A DNA stretch of 33,113 nucleotides from Octopus bimaculoides (GCF_001194135.2 NC_068983.1:44572697-44605809), one strand, 5' to 3'. Counted from the first letter of the stretch, positions 1 to 11,783 are shown. Numbers and translations: made by a program. Notes: generated by a model not told the origin, from the sequence alone.

Positions 1-335
1 TCCCAGACCGGGCGTTGTGAGTGTTTATTGAGCGAAAACACCTAAAGCTCCACGAGGCTCCGGCAGGGGATGGTGGCGAACCCTGCTGTACTCTTTCACC
101 ACAACTTTCTCTCACTCTTACTTCCTGTTTCTGTTGTACCTGTATTTCAAAGGGTTAGCCTTGTCATACTGTGTCATGCTGAATATCCCCGAGAACTACG
201 TTAAGGGTACACATGTCTGTGGAGTGCTCGTTCACTTGCACGTTAATTTCACGAGCAGGCTGTTCCGTTGATCGGATCAACTGGAACCCTCGACGTCATA
301 AGCAACGGAGTGCCAACAACAACAACAACAACATT
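1..335 (+). mobile_element. tRNA-derived SINE, family C (head truncated by the window edge), (AAC)n tail
   Basis: Similar copies at 11434-11783 (+, with A/B-box head), 10050-10250 (+, 3' part) and 28652-28935 (-). Confidence 0.8.
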
Positions 336-1233
336 AGGCTGTACAGCAACTACATAATTTTTCATAAAAGGAATTTTACAGTGTATTTACAGAATTTTCT
401 CAGTGTGGTCCATTTGAAAACATTGTGCCACACAGAGCAAGACATCGCACTGCTCTCATGCACAGTGCTTTGATGCAGTTAGTACCATTTCCTGCCTGCA
501 AGGGGTTAATAAAAAAAAAAAACAGGCTAATACTTGTTTCAGTATATTTAGCTAAAAACAGGTTCTAATGCCATACAATTTGTATTTCGTATTATACTAA
601 AGCAGTTATAAATAAACAAAAGGTTGAGAATCGTTTCAACGTGGTTCTTTTGGTGCCATTTATTTGGCATTACTGATTCAATGCTGAATTTATTTGACAT
701 GAGACATTTTAAAATTTCTCTCATTCCCCTCATGTTCTCTCATTCTCCATATTCCTCTACATATGAACGAGAAGAAGGAGAGTGTTTATGTCATTTGTGT
801 TCAGTAAATAAATTGTAATCTCTCTCTCTCCCTCTTTCTCACTCTCTCTATTTGCATGTGTATATTTCTACACGTGTGTGGATATGCCTGTGTGTGTGAG
901 TTTTTGCCACTAATACCAAACATGGGTTAGATCTTTTTATCTATGGACCCCTTTTGGTTTTTATTTTATTCTGGTGGTCCCCTATAATCATTTGATGTTT
1001 AAAAACTAGTTTTATAGAAACCTCTTTCAAAATTCCTATTTTGTTTTTGATCGTTACCTTGTGTAAGTTGAACTAAGTAAAACCTAGCTGTTTCTTGTAA
1101 TACATACCAATAAAAACATCTCAAGCAAAATTTTTCCAGGGACCCATAAAAGATGAACCTCAACATTTCACCATTCATCACAACACACAGAAGCCAAAAG
1201 CAACCTTGATTATAAGTTGGATTTTTGACTTTC

Positions 1234-1520
1234 TTCAAAATCAGACTGTTCCTTTCCATTGCTGACTTAGTAGTGCTCTTGTATGGTAGTGAAACATGGA
1301 CAAATACCAAACAAGCAAAGACGAGTTTAGATGGCAGTTACACAAGGATGCTACAAATGGCCCTGGATGCAAATTAGCAACAGCGCTTGATCAAAGAGCA
1401 TCTCCTTGGGCAGCTTTCGAAAAGTAACCAACAAGATCAGAGAATGAGGTCTCTGCATATCAGGTCATTGCTTATGGCACCAAGAATAAGGAGCATCAAA
1501 ACTTGTTCTCTGTGACACAC
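1234..1520 (+). mobile_element. Decayed RTE-type LINE reverse transcriptase C-terminal fragment
   Basis: Frame from 1234 reads FKIRLFLSIADLVVLLYGSETWTNTKQAKTSLDGSYTRMLQMALDAN*QQ. LLYGSETW and LDG.YTRML are typical of the post-RT region of RTE-like LINEs; a stop and a frameshift follow. Confidence 0.75.
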
Positions 1521-1559
1521 AGTGTGGTACCAGCAAGCATAGGAGATAACTGCAAGGAA

Positions 1560-2510
1560 ATCACAAGACTCACAAAGGCAATGGCAAATAATCAAGATCT
1601 TTGGCAATATGCCATGCCTGAGAAGAAGACCCATCAAGCCAAGTGAAATCATAGCCATGGCAGATAGTGGTGCCACACAACTGGCATGCATGCCAAAAAA
1701 CAATCATTACACTCTCAGTGTGGTTGGCATTAGGAAAGGTATCCAGCTGTAGAAACCATGCTAAATCAGACTGGAGTCTGGTGCAGCCCCTCAACTTACC
1801 AGCCCTGGTCAAACTGTCCAACCCATGCCAGTATGGACAACAGACATTGAGCTAGATGTTTACAAAATGATCACCAAAAAGCAATACAGTCTAGAGACAC
1901 AATTAGTAGCAGTCAGAAAGTTATTTAGTATTCAAGGATCTGTACTGGTGCCATGCAGAAAAGTAACCATGCTGGTGCCACATAAAAAAGCACCCATACT
2001 GGGGCACCATGTAAAAAGCACCCATGCTGGTGCCATGTAAAAACCACCCAGTACACTCTGTAAAGTGGTTGGCGTTAGGAAGGGCATCCAGCTATAGAAA
2101 CCATGTCAAAACAGATGATTGGGGTTTGGTGCAACCCTCCAGCTTCCCAGCTCCTGTCAAACTGTTCAACCTATGCCAGCATGGAAAGCAGATGTTAAAA
2201 GATGATGATGATTATGATGATGGTGGTGATGGTGACAGTGATGATGGTAATGATGAGGTGAAAACTTCTGTTTACCAATGATATGATTCTTATAACAGAA
2301 TCCAATGAAGATAAGAATACTGAAATATGGAAGAATGATGGTTAACATTACCCAAGGTTGAGGTTTATTACAAGGGCATCCCAGCTGTAGAAACTCTGCC
2401 AAATCAGATTGGGGCCTGGTGTAGCCATCTGGTTCACCAGTCCTCAGTCAAATCATCCAACCCTTCCTAGCATGGAAAGCGGACATTAAACGATGATCAT
2501 CATCATCATA
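1560..2510 (+). mobile_element. Cluster of LINE 3'-end/3'UTR repeat copies with (GAT)n tails
   Basis: Recurrent motif GTGGTTGGCGTTAGGAAGGGCATCCAGCTGTAGAAAC...CCAACCCATGC(C/T)AGCATGGAAA...GATGATGAT. TKAMANNQDLWQYAM...AK* near 1575-1650 resembles a LINE ORF2 C-terminus. Confidence 0.7.
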
Positions 2511-2538
2511 GAAAGGAATAAAATTTTCATACACTAAC

Positions 2539-2643
2539 CATTGCAAAATCCATATATCTGAATGATTCTTTCATGACGCAATTCAATAAGGATTTTGAAT
2601 TCCAAATTAAGCTTAAGAGAAGATGGCTGATTCTTGGGATGAA
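2539..2643 (-). CDS. JAK: JAK JH1 kinase N-lobe exon, 3' part only (HPKNQPSSLKLNLEFKILIELRHERIIQIYGFCN-G); 5' part lost in gap 2644-2859
   Basis: Matches kinase subdomains III-IV (E..IL..L.H..I....G.C). Phase-1 donor G|GTTAGT at 2538, as recalled for JAK2. A T-rich tract on the minus strand just above the gap suggests the acceptor lies inside it. Confidence 0.85.
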
Positions 2644-3188
2644 NNNNNNNNNNNNNNNNNNNNNNNNNNNNNNNNNNNNNNNNNNNNNNNNNNNNNNNNN
2701 NNNNNNNNNNNNNNNNNNNNNNNNNNNNNNNNNNNNNNNNNNNNNNNNNNNNNNNNNNNNNNNNNNNNNNNNNNNNNNNNNNNNNNNNNNNNNNNNNNNN
2801 NNNNNNNNNNNNNNNNNNNNNNNNNNNNNNNNNNNNNNNNNNNNNNNNNNNNNNNNNNNTAAATTCATGAAAAAAAGTTTTTATCAAGAAAATTAACGAA
2901 TAGGTGCAGAAGAGTGCCTCATATTGAAAGGGCTTGTGGCCCATGAAAAGAAAAGTGGAAGAGGCAAGTGCCTCATTTCAAAGACAGTTGAAATTGAAAC
3001 TGTAAAGTAAGAGGTTTATAGCCTCAAATTGTAAATTTATAAAAGAACATTGATTTAGAGAAGCAGAGTTCGGCGGGCGGCTCCTGTCTTCTCCCATATT
3101 AATCACCATTCATCTCATCTCATTAATGTTTTTGTCCAGCCCGTAACTACTCTCTGTGTACTGCCTTTATGGCAAATTGAAATGAAAT

Positions 3189-3394
3189 AAAGTAGCTTGC
3201 TTACCAACCACATGGTTCCAGGTTCAGTCCCACTGTGTGGCACCTTGGGCAAGTGTCTTCTACTATAGCCTCGGGCCGATCAAAGCCTTGTGAGAGGATT
3301 CGGTAGACAGAAACTGAAAGAAGCCTGTCGTATATATCTATATATGTGTGTGTTTGTGTGTCTGTGTTTGTCTCCCCAACATCGCTTGATAACT
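3189..3394 (+). mobile_element. tRNA-derived SINE, family B, interrupted by a purine-rich tandem repeat
   Basis: Matches the fuller copies at 10612-10985 (+) and 15622-16044 (-). Confidence 0.8.
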
Positions 3395-4260
3395 GGAGGA
3401 GAAAGGAATGAGAGTGGAGGAAGGAGGAATGAGTGTAGAGGTGGAAGGAATGAGAGTGGAGGAGGGAGGAATGAGTGCAGAGGAGGAAGGAATGAGTGCA
3501 GAGGAGGAAGGAATGACAGTGTAGCAGAGGAAGGAATGAGTGGAGGAGGAAGGAATGTAAGTGGAGGATGAAGGAATGAGTGGAGGAGGAAGGAATGAGA
3601 GTGGAGGAGGGAGGAATGAGTGGAGGAGGAAGGAATGAGTGTAGAGGAGGAAGGAATGAGAGTGGAGGAGGAAGGAATGAGTGGAGGAGGGAGGAATGAG
3701 TAGAGGAGGGAGGAATGAGTGTAGAGGAGGGAGGAATAAGTGTAGAGGAGGAAGGAATGAGAGTGGAGGAGGGAGGAATGAGTGGAGGAGGAAGGAATGA
3801 GTGTAGAGGAGGGAGGAATGAGAGTGGAGGAGGGAGGAATGAGTGGAGGAGGGAGGAATGAGTGGAGGAGGAAGGAATGAGTGTAGAGCAGGAAGGAATG
3901 AGAGTGGAGGAGGGAGGAATGTGTGGAGGAGGGAGGAATGAGTGGAGGAGGGAGGAATGAGTGCAGAGGAGGAAGGAATGAGAGTGGAGGAGGGAGGAAT
4001 GAGTGCAGAGGAGGAAGGAATGAGAGTGGAGGAGGGAGGAATGAGTGTAGAGGAGAAAGGAATGATAGTGTAGAAAAGAAAGGAATGACAATGTAGAGGA
4101 GGAAGGAATGAGTGGAGGAGGGAGGAATGAGTGGAGGAGGAAGGAATGAGTGGAGGAGGAAGGAATGAGAGTGGAGGAGGGAGGAATGAGTGCAGAGGAT
4201 GGAGGAATGAAAGCCGAAGTGGAAGGAATGAGAGTGGAGGAGGAAGGAAAGAGAGAAGAG
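3395..4260 (+). repeat. Purine-rich minisatellite, ~19-21 bp unit GGAGGA(G/A)GGAATGAG(A)GT
   Basis: Directly visible: dozens of GGAATG-containing units; the strand has very few C. Confidence 0.95.
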
Positions 4261-4319
4261 AAATTTAAAACAAAAACAATAAAAAGCACATAAAATTAAT
4301 CTGTTTTTTTTTTCCTTAC

Positions 4320-4567
4320 CTGTCCAAGAACAGACTCCATAGCCATGTCTTTTCTAAATATTTCCAGTGGATTGGGCAATGCTACGGATGTGTTGGTTCT
4401 TGGAACTTGCGAACAAAGGCGTTTTAGCTCTTCTGTGATTGGTGGTGGTCTTAAAACTTCTCTATTCCATTTGTGATTGCATAAAGTTTGTGTACTGTCA
4501 CTGCTGTGCACTGCTTTGATGAGTTCGATGTCATCATCACTGTACTTTAATTCCGGTACATTCATCA
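4320..4567 (-). CDS. JAK: JAK JH2-JH1 linker exon (L-MNVPELKY...EIFRKDMAMESVLGQ)
   Basis: 248 nt. Acceptor TACTTGCAG, phase 1; donor CAG|GTAAGG, phase 0. Ends at LGQ, the start of the JH1 glycine loop, like JAK2 LGK|GNFG. Confidence 0.85.
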
Positions 4568-4654
4568 CTGCAAGTAGTCAAATCCTTCGAAATTAGATGA
4601 TTTTTCATGCTTGTTTTCATAATTGAATATATAAACAAGTATATAATAATACAG

Positions 4655-4721
4655 TTCTATATTTAAGAGATGAGGAATTATTTACATTATTTACATTTGA
4701 CGGATATTTCTCCTCATCTTG

Positions 4722-4725
<4 letters not shown>
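4655..4725 (-). mobile_element. 3' fragment of the hammerhead-bearing element (ribozyme motif not included)
   Basis: Reverse complement matches 24410-24488 (GATGAGGACAAATATC...TAAATAATGTA...CCTCATCTCTTAAATATAGAA). Confidence 0.7.
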
Positions 4726-4758
<33 letters not shown>

Positions 4759-4813
4759 ATTTTTGTGATGTTTTTGCAGTTTTAATAATAAAGTGTGTGT
4801 GTGTGTGTATATG

Positions 4814-4852
<39 letters not shown>

Positions 4853-4854
4853 TG

Positions 4855-5049
4855 GTTGCCTACTCCTTACACAGAGTTTGACCACCTCCTGTACCTACAC
4901 CTTAGCCCTTTCATGGCGTCTGATGTGGCTTGTTAAACCAGACAATGTTCTGAAAAAATAACCACACAGATTGCACCTCTGATTTGAACTACCAATATCT
5001 GCAGATAAGTTCTGCTCATTGTGGATCTTAACATGTCTTTTAAGACCTT
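4855..5049 (-). mobile_element. LINE ORF2 C-terminus with C2H2 zinc finger, short 3'UTR and (TA)n tail
   Basis: GLKRHVKIH followed by CNLCGYFFRTLSGLTSHIRRH (C-X2-C-X12-H-X3-H), a stop, about 40 nt, then a microsatellite. Confidence 0.6.
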
Positions 5050-6330
5050 CATTGGATATATATATATTCATACATATACACATACACACACCCTTGTATC
5101 AACCAGACTATCAGATGATGTTATACATCACTGGTCACATGATCAATCAAGCCAGCAAACCATCCAGCCATACATACAGCCATATTTAGCTATAGAAATG
5201 TGCTGTGGTTATATGAATTGCGGTTAAAGGTTTGATAATGTTATGTCTTCTGTTAAATGAAGTCAGGATGGATATCAATAAACAAATTCAAAGACAAGTT
5301 GCAGTTGACTACCCTGAAACATTTCTTAGCATCACAAAAATTAGATATAGCAAAACTGATAGGACATTAATAATTGTCAATACATTATAAATTCAAATGC
5401 TCATAAAAACAAAGATAAAAGATTAGAAAAACCTGGAGCATGGTATCACAAAAATTCTGGTTACAATTCTGTTTAAATGCTGGTAAGATGCAAAGAATAA
5501 GATCAAGGATTCTGGTTTCAATTCTGTTCAAACTGAAACTGCATTGAGGAATCAAAATGTTCTCACACCAAAGGTCCCAGGTCGCTCATAGCAAAACTCC
5601 CCTGCCTAGAATTAGCAAGCAAAAACTCCCCATTTTATAGTTGATGTACAGATGCTAGACTAGTCCATCAGGTTAAAAGGTGGACGGCCCAAGTAAAGCT
5701 AAATGAACCTGATCATCATGTGGTGAACCAAAATGGATAGTTAAAAGTAAAAAGACACCATGTGGGTAGCTAAAGTTCAAGAGTGATCATACTTCTGCTA
5801 CACATACACAGTTTGCAACACAGCTCCATTTTCCTCAAATCATACAGATGGGAAACCAGCTATGTGTATTATTATTAAAACCAATTAATCTTGGTGCAGC
5901 CTTCCAGCCTGGTCAAACTGTCCAACCCAAGCCAGCATGGACAACAGAAATTAAATGATGATGATACACACTCAGTGCATTTTCAACTTTTCAACATTAT
6001 GCTGGAGTGAAGACAGCATGTTTTTTGTCTATCTCCTTAACTTCTTGGAGATTTTAGGTATAATTATACTAATGTGTCCATCTGTTCTAATTTAATTAAA
6101 TTCTATGTCTTTGTGCAGCTGGGGATTGCTCTGCATTTTAAATTGATGTAATGATTGAATTGTTCAATTAAATGGACTTGCTTGAAACAATCGTACTGCA
6201 TTACCTCTGGATATCCTTGTTGCTTATTTTGATTTTAATCACCTTACTTTGAAATTGTATAGATAATACCGTACTAAACTCTGGTTCCTCAACTTAAGTA
6301 CCATATTCATCTGAATCTATATATATATTT

Positions 6331-6672
6331 CTTGCGTCGCCTTCCTGGCACTTGTGCCGGCGGCACATAAAAAGACATTCAAGCGAGGTCGTTGCCAGTG
6401 CCGCTGGACTGGCCCCTGTGCGGGTGGCACATAAAACACACCATTTTGAGCATGGCCGTTGCCAGTACCACCTGACTGGCCTTCATGCCGGTGGCACGTA
6501 AAAGCACCCACTACACTCTCTGAGTGGTTGGCGTTAGGAAGGGCATCCAGCTGTAGAAACTCTGCCAAATCAGATTGGAGCCTGGCATAGCCATCTGGTT
6601 CGCCAGTCCTCAGTCAAATCGTCCAACCCATGCTAGCATGGAAAGTGGACATTAAATGATGATGATGATGAT
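6331..6672 (+). mobile_element. LINE 3'UTR-type repeat copy with (GAT)n tail
   Basis: Near-identical to the reverse complement of 7710-8045 and to 21560-22055. Confidence 0.85.
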
Positions 6673-6719
6673 ATATAATATATATATATATAAAAGCAAA
6701 GAAATTAATTTAAACTTAC

Positions 6720-6912
6720 ATTTATCAGCCAACTGCAGTAATATTTTGCTTACATCACCTGGTTTAGGTCGGCATTCACTACCTTTTGCACGGCACTCAA
6801 GTATTAAGGAATGAACTTCCTTGTAGATCGCATCAAGCTGCTCGGCATTGCCATCATTCTTGCTGGCAGCTTTGGATTCAATCAGTAAACGGCAAACATG
6901 TGCACAGTTAGC
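6720..6912 (-). CDS. JAK: JAK JH2 C-lobe exon (ANCAHVCRLL...HSLILECRAKGSECRPKPGDVSKILLQLADK)
   Basis: 193 nt. Acceptor T-tract + AACAG, phase 0; donor T|GTAAGT, phase 1. The LI.EC.......RP motif is kinase subdomain XI. Confidence 0.88.
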
Positions 6913-7709
6913 CTGTTAAAAAAAAAAGGAGGGGGATTAAAATGTAGATTCTTTTACTTGTTTCACTCATTAAACTGTGGTTATGCTGGAGCACTGCCTT
7001 GAATTTTTGGTTAAATGAATCAACCCAAGACTTATTTTCTAAGCATGGTGCTTATTCTATTGGCTCCTTTTGCTGAACTGCTAAGTTACAGGAATGCAAA
7101 CACACCAACTCAGTCGGGAGTGGCAAAAACACAGACACACACATAGATATACACATATACATATACAACAGGCTTCTTTCAGTTTCCTTCAACCAAATCC
7201 ATTCAGCAGGCTTTGGTGAGCCCAAGAGTATAGTAGAAGACACTTGCTCAAGGTACCACATAGTGGGACTGAACCCGGAACTGACAGGGGAATCTTCATG
7301 GTGAAGACCTTCCTTTTGGATCAGAAGTACTGTGGGCTCAGAGAAGTGGCCTTCTCTGAGCCACCAGACAATGAGAAGGTGGTGACCAAAAGCTGTCTTG
7401 GCCACCAAGCCACCTGCAAATGTAGAGAAGCAAACCAGATTATGAAGCACTTCTTTGATTGTTCTCTGGTCCCCAAGCCTAAATGAAAGGCAAAGGCCGA
7501 TACAGCTTGATGCCAGTGACATCGCAACATAAAATAAAGTATCTTACTCAAGAACACAACACACTGTCTAGTCTGGGAATTGAACTCACAACTTCACGAT
7601 TGTAAGCCCAATGTTCTAACCACTGAGCCATGTGCCTTCACAATCAAAATATTTCTTAGAAAAACATTGCAATGGAGTTCTTATACTATAAAGGGTATGT
7701 ATATGTATA

Positions 7710-8260
7710 TATCATCATCATCGTTTAATGTCCGCTTTCCATGCTAGCATGGGTTGGACGATTTGACTGAGGACTGATGAAACCAGATGGCTACACCAGG
7801 CTCCAATCTGATTTGGCAAAGTTTCTACAGCTGGATTCCTAACGCCAACCACTCAGAGAGTGTAGTGGGTGCTTTTACGTGCCACCGGCACGAAGGCCAG
7901 TCAGGCGGTACTGGCAACGGCCATACTCAAAATGGTGTATTTTATGTGCCACCCGCACAAGAACCAGTCCAGGGGCACTGGCAACGATCTCGCTTGAAAG
8001 TCCTTACACATGCCGCAGGCACAAGTGCCAGAAAGGCGACGCTGGGCACAGGTGCCATCACAATTTCGCTTTCGCTTGCTCCAATAAGTCTTCGCAAGCT
8101 GAGTTATGTGTCCAATGAAGGAGACAACGTTGGCATGGGTGCCAGTCGTCGAATTTAACTCAATTTCGATTTCACTTGCCTCAACAGGTCTTCGCAAGTG
8201 GAGTTTAGTGTCCAATGAAGGAAGGTACGCATAAGTGGACTGGCTGAGGCCTTAGATTTA
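7710..8260 (-). mobile_element. LINE 3'UTR-type repeat copy (longer), inverted relative to 6331-6672
   Basis: Begins ATCATCATCATCGTTTAATGTCCGCTTTCCATGCTAGCATGGG, the reverse complement of the family tail. Confidence 0.85.
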
Positions 8261-8686
8261 GGTCCCACTATAAAGAGTATGTACATGTATATGTAACATA
8301 AATAAAAAATAAATAATAGAGAAAAAAGATTTTGCAAAATGCACTTCATGCCTATAGGTGTATGCAAATATTATATTTGCAGTGGTTCTGCTATGTTTTA
8401 CAGCAATCATTCTATAATGCTTGACGTATATGCATAAACCATCCCTCGTATTAATCCACTTAAGGTATAGGAAATTTTTATTTACACCAGGAATCAAACC
8501 CTCTACTTCATGATTGTGAACCCAATGCTTTAGTCACTGAGTCATCTGGCCTTCACTATAATCTTGTGAAATTAATCCTGACTGGTGAGATTAAAGAAGA
8601 TAAAAGATGCTAAAGGAGCTGTTTCTTTCTGATGAATAATAGAAATAAAATCGAAATATAATTTTAAAGGAATGTGAGTTTATAAA

Positions 8687-9011
8687 TACTGTATTTAATG
8701 GCCTATAAGACTCACCTTTTTTTCCAAAAAATGGCTTTAAAAATCCCCCTGCATCCAATGCACTCAATGTAGACTCAAAACTCGCTCAAAATGGTATGTA
8801 TGTTTACTAAACGTGTGCTGCCATCTACTAATGAACAATCACCTATGGTATATATATATATATATATAAAATGTGGATGCAATAAATTGCTTATTTATTT
8901 ACCAGTAATAACAAAGTTATACAGGTAAACTTTATTTTAGAGGTAATTTATTTTACAAATGTATAGCCTAGGCTATATACTCGTGCATCTTATAGGCCAC
9001 CAAATATGGTA
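8687..9011. mobile_element. pogo/Tigger-like MITE
   Basis: Imperfect terminal inverted repeats TACTGTATTTAATGGCCTATAAGACTCAC (8687-8715) and GTGCATCTTATAGGCCACCAAATATGGTA (8983-9011), with TA ends. Confidence 0.7.
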
Positions 9012-9020
9012 AATACTTAC

Positions 9021-9159
9021 TTGATTTTGAAAGTTTTCTTGCGGAGGATTGCAATCAAAACATAACATTTCACAAAGACAACTTCCAAATGCAAACATAT
9101 CAGATTCACAAGTGGGTTTCTGTAAATTACTTTGTAGCTCAGGTGCCAACCAGGGTTTT
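9021..9159 (-). CDS. JAK: JAK JH2 exon (R-KPWLAPELQSNLQKPTCESDMFAFGSCLCEMLCFDCNPPQENFQNQ)
   Basis: 139 nt. Acceptor TCTCTTTCAG, phase 2; donor |GTAAGT, phase 0. PWLAPE and SDMFAFG are subdomains VIII and IX. Not in the ORF track. Confidence 0.92.
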
Positions 9160-9470
9160 CTGAAAGAGATTTTGATATCATATATTAAAAAAAAAATGAC
9201 AGAGAGAGAGCTGTAAAAATCATGTGAAAACTTGTGCTAGTGCCACATAAAAGGCAACTAGCTCACTCTGTGAAGTGGTTGGCATCAGGAAAGGCATGCA
9301 GCTGTAAGAACACTGCCAAAACAGAGTAGCTTAGGGTAGTTTTTTTTTTACCTGACCTGCTTCTGTGAACCACCCTACCCATGTATGCATGAAAGATGGA
9401 CATTAAACAATGATGATGACTCCTTTCAGAAATTCATGTTGTATAAAAGTTTAAAAAGAAATGGGTTTTG

Positions 9471-9494
9471 CGTGTGTGTGTGTGTGTGTCTGTT

Positions 9495-9581
<87 letters not shown>

Positions 9582-9900
9582 TTGTGTGTATGTGGTGTGC
9601 GTGTTGTGTATGTATGTGTGTGTGTTGTGTATGTGATTGTGTTCTCTATGTGGGTATGTATGTATGTGTTGTGTGTGTGTGTGTATGTATATATGTGTGT
9701 TGTGTGTGTATGTGTGTGTTTGTGTGTATGTTGTGCATGTGATTGTGTTCTCTGTGTCGGTATGTATGTGTTTGTGTGCGTGTTTGTGTATTTGTGTGTA
9801 TGTTGTGTGTGTGTGTTGTATATGTGATCGTGTTCTCTGTGTGGGTATGTATGTGTTGTGTGTGTGTGTGTGTGCATGTGTGTGTGTATGTGCGCATGCA
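9471..9900. repeat. (GT)n microsatellite grading into an imperfect GT/AT-rich repeat
   Basis: Directly visible; source of the VCVC/THTH ORFs. Confidence 0.95.
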
Positions 9901-10361
9901 TGCAAACATGAGTACAGACGAGTAAGAGGCTGACTATGAAAAAACCAAATGAAGGCACATGACTTCGTGGTTATGGATATTTGGCTCAAAATCAAAAAAT
10001 CATGAGTGAATTGTGTCCTTGAGCAAGACACTTTATTTCTCATTGCTTCAGTGCACTCAGCTAGCAAAAAATGTGTTGTACCAGTAATTCAAAGGACTAG
10101 CCTTGTTACATTCTGTCTCAGGCTAAATCTCCCTGAGAATTACATTAAGGTTAGCAATCTCCGAGGAGACGTCAGCAACTTGAACATTAATTTCACAAGC
10201 AGGCCGTTCCACTGATCGGATCAACCGGAACCCTTGCCTTCATAACCGACCGACTGCTGCTGCTGCTGCCAATGACAGAACTACTGCTGCCAATGACGAC
10301 CACCACCAGCACTGTTATTGTATTTTAGAGGTGTTAATAAAGGTAAAGATTCATATCAAAC

Positions 10362-10501
10362 CTGACAGTGTTAACTTGGTTATCTAATGGTAGATGATCT
10401 GTAACTTTGACAAGTCCTGCGTCGGCTATTTTCACTTGGCTCATTGTACACAACAATAAATTACGACAGTGAAGGTTACCATGAACCAAACTCTGTCTCC
10501 G
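10362..10501 (-). CDS. JAK: JAK JH2 exon (RRQSLVHGNLHCRNLLLCTMSQVKIADAGLVKVTDHLPLDNQVNTV-R)
   Basis: 140 nt. Acceptor TTACTTTCAG, phase 0; donor AG|GTTTGA, phase 2. HGN and DAG are pseudokinase signatures (JAK2 HGNVCAKN, DPG). Confidence 0.93.
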
Positions 10502-10611
10502 CTGAAAGTAACAACAACAACAATGGACATTTGTAGGTGTTTTGTTATTTCTTACATTGAAAATATTTACAAGAATGGCTGTGTGATTAAAAAGCTCACT
10601 TTCCAACTACA

Positions 10612-10985
10612 TAGGAACAGGAGTGGTTGTGTGGTAAGAAGCTTGCTTACAAACCACATGGTCCCGGGTTCAGTCCCATTGCATGGCACCTTGGGCAAGT
10701 GTCTTCTACTATCGCCTCGGGCCGACCAAAGCCTTGTGAGTGGATTTGGTAGATGGAAACTGAAAGAAGCCTGTCATGTGTGTGTGTGCGCATGCGTGAA
10801 TTTGTCAAACCCCACCATCGCTTGACAACCAATGCTGGTGTGTTTCTGTCCCCGTAACTTAACGGTTCGGCAAAAGAGACCAATAGAATAAGCACTAGGT
10901 TTACAAAGAATAAATCCTGAGGTCGATTTGTTCAACTAAAGGCGGTGCTCCAGCATGGCCACAGTCAAATGACTAAAAAGAAAAC
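10612..10985 (+). mobile_element. tRNA-derived SINE, family B, near full length
   Basis: A-box-like TGGTTGTGTGG and B-box-like GGTTCAGTCCC, internal (GT)n, body GCACCTTGGGCAAGTGTCTTCTACTAT; multiple copies in the window. Confidence 0.85.
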
Positions 10986-11107
10986 ATAGTTTCAAGTTCA
11001 ATCTCACTACAAAGCACCTGAAGCATGTGTCTTCTATTACAGCCTTGAGTCACCCAAAACTTTGTGAGTGAATTTGGTAGACAGAAACTGAAAGAAGCTT
11101 TCAGTAA

Positions 11108-11342
11108 GGCGGCGAGCTGGCAGAAACGTTAGCACGCCGGGCGAAATGCTTAGCGGTATTTTGTCTGCCGTTACATTCTGAGTTCAAATTCTGTCGAGGT
11201 CGACTTTGTCTTTCATCCTTTCGGGGTCGATTAAATATGTACCAGTTACGCACTGGGGTCGATATAACCGACTTAATCCGTTTGTCTGTCCTTGTTTGTC
11301 CCCTCTGTGTGGAGCCCCTTGTGGGCAATGAACAAATAAGAA
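11108..11342 (+). mobile_element. tRNA-derived SINE, family A, nested in a family-B fragment
   Basis: GGCGGCGAGCTGGCAGAAACG head with B-box GAGTTCAAATT. GAAACTGAAAGAAGCTT occurs on both sides (about 11084-11100 and 11340-11356) as a probable target-site duplication. Confidence 0.85.
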
Positions 11343-11386
11343 ACTGAAAGAAGCTTGTTATGTCCATATATACATATATGTGTGTA

Positions 11387-11431
<45 letters not shown>

Positions 11432-11433
11432 GT

Positions 11434-11783
11434 GGAGGTGCAATGGCCTAGTGGTTAGGGCATTGGACTCGTGGTCATAGGATCATGGTTTTGATTACCA
11501 GAATGGGCGTTGTGAGTGTTTATTGAGTGAAAACACCTAAAGCTTCACAAGGCTCTGGTAGGGGGTGGTGGCGAACCCAGCTGTACTTTTTCACCACATA
11601 TTTCTCTCTTTCTTCCTGTATTTCAAAGAGCCAGCCTTGTCACGCTGAATCTTTCCTTGAACTACATTAAGGGTACATGTGTCTGTGGAGTGCTCAGTCA
11701 CTTGTATGTTAATTTCACAAGCAGGCTCTTCCGTTGATCGGATGAACTGGTACCCTTGTTGTCATAACTGATGGAGTGCAACG
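11434..11783 (+). mobile_element. tRNA-derived SINE, family C
   Basis: Head GGAGGTGCAATGGCCTAGTGGTTAGGG (A box); body matches 1-335. Confidence 0.8.

Noticed and set aside
999-1310. MLRFIFYGSLEKF as the next JH1 exon (resembles EYLPYGSL)
   Set aside because: No LxMEY hinge, poor acceptor, and it overlaps the edge of a plus-strand LINE fragment. The real exon probably lies outside the window.
3201-4289. 362-aa Ser/Pro/His/Leu-rich ORF
   Set aside because: Translation of the purine-rich minisatellite plus a SINE; no coding features.
9385-10067. Overlapping VCVC/THTH ORFs
   Set aside because: Products of the (GT)n microsatellite.
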